From contig ML978131.1 of NCBI GenBank assembly GCA_010015805.1, positions 744,001 through 808,000 on the forward strand: a stretch of DNA of 64,000 nucleotides. The letters are read 5' to 3'. Within the stretch, counting starts at the first letter, position 1. Each line of letters opens with the position of its first letter. The position numbers were made by a program, and so were the translations under genes. Origin of the DNA: Rhizodiscina lignyota. Its lineage: Eukaryota. The notes beneath the pieces were generated by a model that had not been told where the DNA came from, searched no databases, and saw nothing but the letters and a program-made list of their open reading frames with translations. This document shows, one piece after another, positions 60,813 through 64,000 of this stretch.

Positions 60813-61731
60813 ATGGGCTTCGATCGAGGACAGCGTGCAAGGTGGAGCAAGGTGACGTGGCTCTTTTTAGTTTGGGAGAACTGCAATAAATTTCCTTGGG
60901 GCCCCCACAAAACTGTGACAGGCCATCTGCAGCATGAGGCAGTATCCCTCGGGATCCCCATTAGCAGTGGCAAGGATGCTGCTGCATTCTCATCGGAGGC
61001 TGTTGGAAAACTCGTCCGAAAGTATGGTCAAGATCCTCGAGCATTGATTGTGGTTGTCTACACCGGGGTGAGTCCTTATCCTCAAATTGATATTGAGGAA
61101 GAGACCGAGTCATTTACTGTGTCATAGCATGGCTGCGGATTTTATGACGATAGAGAAGATCAATTCTTAATGGGCTCGTCAGTCCTCTTTCCACCTGAAG
61201 TATGTTCTGGGCTAATCAGAAAGCTTCAGGCCCACGCATATCGATAAAAGCGGAAATGAGACCCATACGACAGTGAGCTTCCGTCAAGCCTTCACTCCCA
61301 TATTCAAGCACGCTCAGTCCTGCGCTTTGGTAATACTAAGCTCCTGCGATACCCTTTGTGCCATTCGAGACTGGACAAGTCTTATGCGCCAATATCGACA
61401 TTCCGATTCCGATCAAAGTCTCAAACTCCTCACGGCTTACCACCTTGGTTACAGTTCAAGCTCCTCACCGTACTTCTGCGGCCTCCTCGAAGATGCCTTG
61501 AAAGCGAGGGACGTCTTTAACGATCCATCAAGGGATGTAAAAGAAAGCATTCTTGACCATATCTTCAGGAATGCTGGCACAACGTGCGACCCTTTCCATG
61601 TCACTATGTCCATGAAGCAAGAGCCAGAATTGAACCGACTTGTTACTAGCAATATCAAGACGGTATTCAGGTGTGTACACCCCGAAGAAGAGAACCTCAG
61701 CTTACTCTGGGCCCAGAGAGGTGCACAATAA
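60813..61731 (+). CDS. Caspase-like (clan CD, C14-related) domain protein of about 268 aa, possibly the intact 5' part of a longer decayed gene
   Basis: Exons 60813-61067, 61128-61177 and 61230-61731 splice in frame. Motifs are SKVTWLFLVWE, LIVVVYTG|HG, ALVILSSC, LLTA and FCGLLEDAL. Confidence 0.6.
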
Positions 61732-62761
61732 CTTCGAGCGGTTATACGCTCCGTATCTAAAGCTTTATGCAGCAATCGGGAAGATTAATTTAGCTATTGT
61801 CCATCGAGATAGAACCTATCCCTCGGACTACGCAAAGTCGTTACGATGCGGGGAAGGAGTCTGCTACATTGAGGAGGCACACTCTCGATTATGATTCTAA
61901 GCTCAGAGTGAGAAATCTGATTATTGTAGGATACACCTATGGCAGATGTGATCGCCACTTACAGAGAGACCGAAATACCTAGCCAAAGTCGCGAGAGTAT
62001 AAAGCTTTTTTACAATTCGATACCAGTTGAAGACCCGTTGGACATTCAGAGAACTGCTGCGCATGAAGGCCGCAATCTACCCAGACAAAGACATACGACA
62101 CATATCCCGAGTATTTGTTCTGCACGCTTTGTGTCTTGATAATGTTCTATATGAACGTTACGAGGCTCGTAGTAATCCACAGGACCCCGATTATTTTCGA
62201 ATGAATGTCTTCAATCACCATCCGAATGATCCGATAAAATGTTATAAGTATTGCACAGGGAAATGCAAGAGCAAGGACCCGGAGACTATGAGGAGGTCAA
62301 CTGAGAAGGAGTTTATGGGTAAGTCTTCAGCTGCGCGGAATGTGGGAGACGGCTAACGATTCGGCCACGGGCCTCGATTTATAGGATACCGCAACAACGT
62401 TCTTCATCAGAACGCTTCCACGTACGCGGCCGGGAACGCAACGAACAGACATGGCAATGCCTACCCTACTTCTCATGGCTATCCTCGAGGCAGTAGCGAC
62501 TCCCGGACGGGAGCTTATCCTCAGCGCGTCAACTACTCTCAGCAGGCCAACTACTCTCGAACTGGCGCTGGCTATGGTAATGGCTATGGTCAATCCGGAT
62601 GCTACGCTCAACCCGGGACACGCAAGATACCCGTAAACTACGGCTGGCCTGGCGCTTCTGGATATGAGCATGCTTGTTCGAATATGTACGGCAGTGGCTA
62701 CGGCGGCGGATATGGTGGTGGATAGGGCGGCGCATACGGTGGTGCATACGATCCTTGGTGA
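61732..62761 (+). pseudogene. Stop-interrupted 3' coding remnant ending in a Gly/Tyr/Asn-rich exon
   Basis: ORF 62027-62318 splices through intron 62319-62384 into GYRNN...YGSGYGGGYGGG*GGAYGGAYDPW*. Several stops lie between 61729 and 62000. Confidence 0.5.
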
Positions 62762-63741
62762 TGCGTCATTCTTTACCAAGATCTGAAGACTGGATGCGTA
62801 TTGAAACTTGGGAGATTGATGAGAGAAATTGGATTCATGCTCTGCATTGACATAATAAAATCGGTGGAGTTGGGAATTCTTGAGATGGCGTGGGAGCATG
62901 CAATGTATCTGTTAAGATTGCAATACTTTTCCAAAATACAAGCAGATCGAATCCACTGATGCTTCCGAGGTGGTGCAACAGAATAGAGCAAAATCCTATT
63001 CCAGGTCCACGCCAGTAGTGTAACGGGGCTGCCATTAGGTGGTGAAGGCCGTTTGAATAGATAACTGAATGATATGCTACCTCTATATATAGATTGTGAG
63101 AAGATAAAGACGAACACGCAAGTCGCTCTCCAATATCGCAGTTGGTCCGGCGGTTGACTCCAAGCGAGGCTCTCTCTAGATGGGCGATGAAAGGGAAGGA
63201 CGCAATTCGAGAAACCAGCCCAAGTCGGGCCAAGTCCAGATGTATACGCGAGCCGTGGAAACGGTAGTCAGCGAGGAGCTTACTCTTCTCCCCAATCAGC
63301 CAGTGCCAATGCTTGTGGTGTTGCCTGGATTCGTATCAGTGCTTACCCTGGGTGCTATTGAAATATCTAGCCTCGAGCGTTACACACAATCAGAGCTTCC
63401 CCATTTCTCACTCTCGGAAGCAAATAACTTCTCTGGGCTCCCGCAAAGAGGAGAACCTGGGATTGCACCTTCTTGTCCAACGTTGTTTTGTCGATTCGGC
63501 GCAACTTCATTGCAGATTACGCGCGTTACGAGAACCCCTGTCCTGCCTCGGCTCAGCAAAAACGCGTGAGCTGTTGGCACCTCGAAACTCTACTTCACGC
63601 GAAGAAATCGGACCACACCCATCTCGAAATTCCCGCAGCCTTTGAGTGTTATACAGTCGGCAACAGCCTGCGCAGCTGCATAAACCCATTCCATCCCTTT
63701 TGCCTTGGGGTTGAGCTCCTTTCGACTCGGATCCAGTCAAG

Positions 63742-64000
63742 ATGGTGCAGCTTCCGACCTTCGAGCATACTCCTATGGAGGGCGTCGAAACGGCCTACAA
63801 AACTGTTTACGACAAGTTTCATACTCACACGACGAAGCCGATCGAATGGCGCCTCAAGCAGCTCCGGAAGCTCTATTGGGGGTAAATCATGCGCGTGTTA
63901 TGGGCTGATAGCCTTGCTGACTGAATGTGAACAGCATGAGGGACAATATGGACCTCATTAACGCCGCATGCCTGAAAGATTTGGGCAAACCAGTACATGA
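63742..64000 (+). CDS. Aldehyde dehydrogenase, ALDH3/Hfd1-like (5' part, truncated by the window edge)
   Basis: MVQLPTFEHTP...TKPIEWRLKQLRKLYWG, then an intron at about 63882-63934, then MRDNMDLINAACLKDLGKP. Confidence 0.88.

Overview
This is eukaryotic DNA from a filamentous ascomycete, probably Pezizomycotina and Dothideomycete-like, judged from short GT/GC-AG introns with CTAAC/CTGAC branch points and from the gene families present. About 23 genes can be supported. Recognisable ones are an MFS-DHA1 transporter, Nnf1, 6-phosphogluconolactonase, a HET-domain protein, DPM2, a DCAF8/DCAF6-like WD40 protein, an APC-family permease, an NmrA-like protein, a class I cAMP phosphodiesterase, TFIIIA, an alpha/beta hydrolase, a Crp1/Mdg1-like protein, the PKA regulatory subunit and the 5' end of an ALDH3-like gene. 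Four features are not visible in the ORF track. (1) A complete TPP riboswitch aptamer lies in intron 1 of the APC permease (Thi9-like), with competing splice sites around it. (2) A gene is built from a tandem array of ~30-aa symmetric phase-1 exons, and half of its introns have GC donors. (3) A 4-exon gene encodes a 76-aa Cys-rich microprotein that resembles a plant family as I recall it. (4) An intron-split caspase-like (His-Gly/Cys) gene is followed by a decayed region and a Gly/Tyr-rich tail. All assignments come from reading the sequence and from recalled family motifs. No database searches were run.
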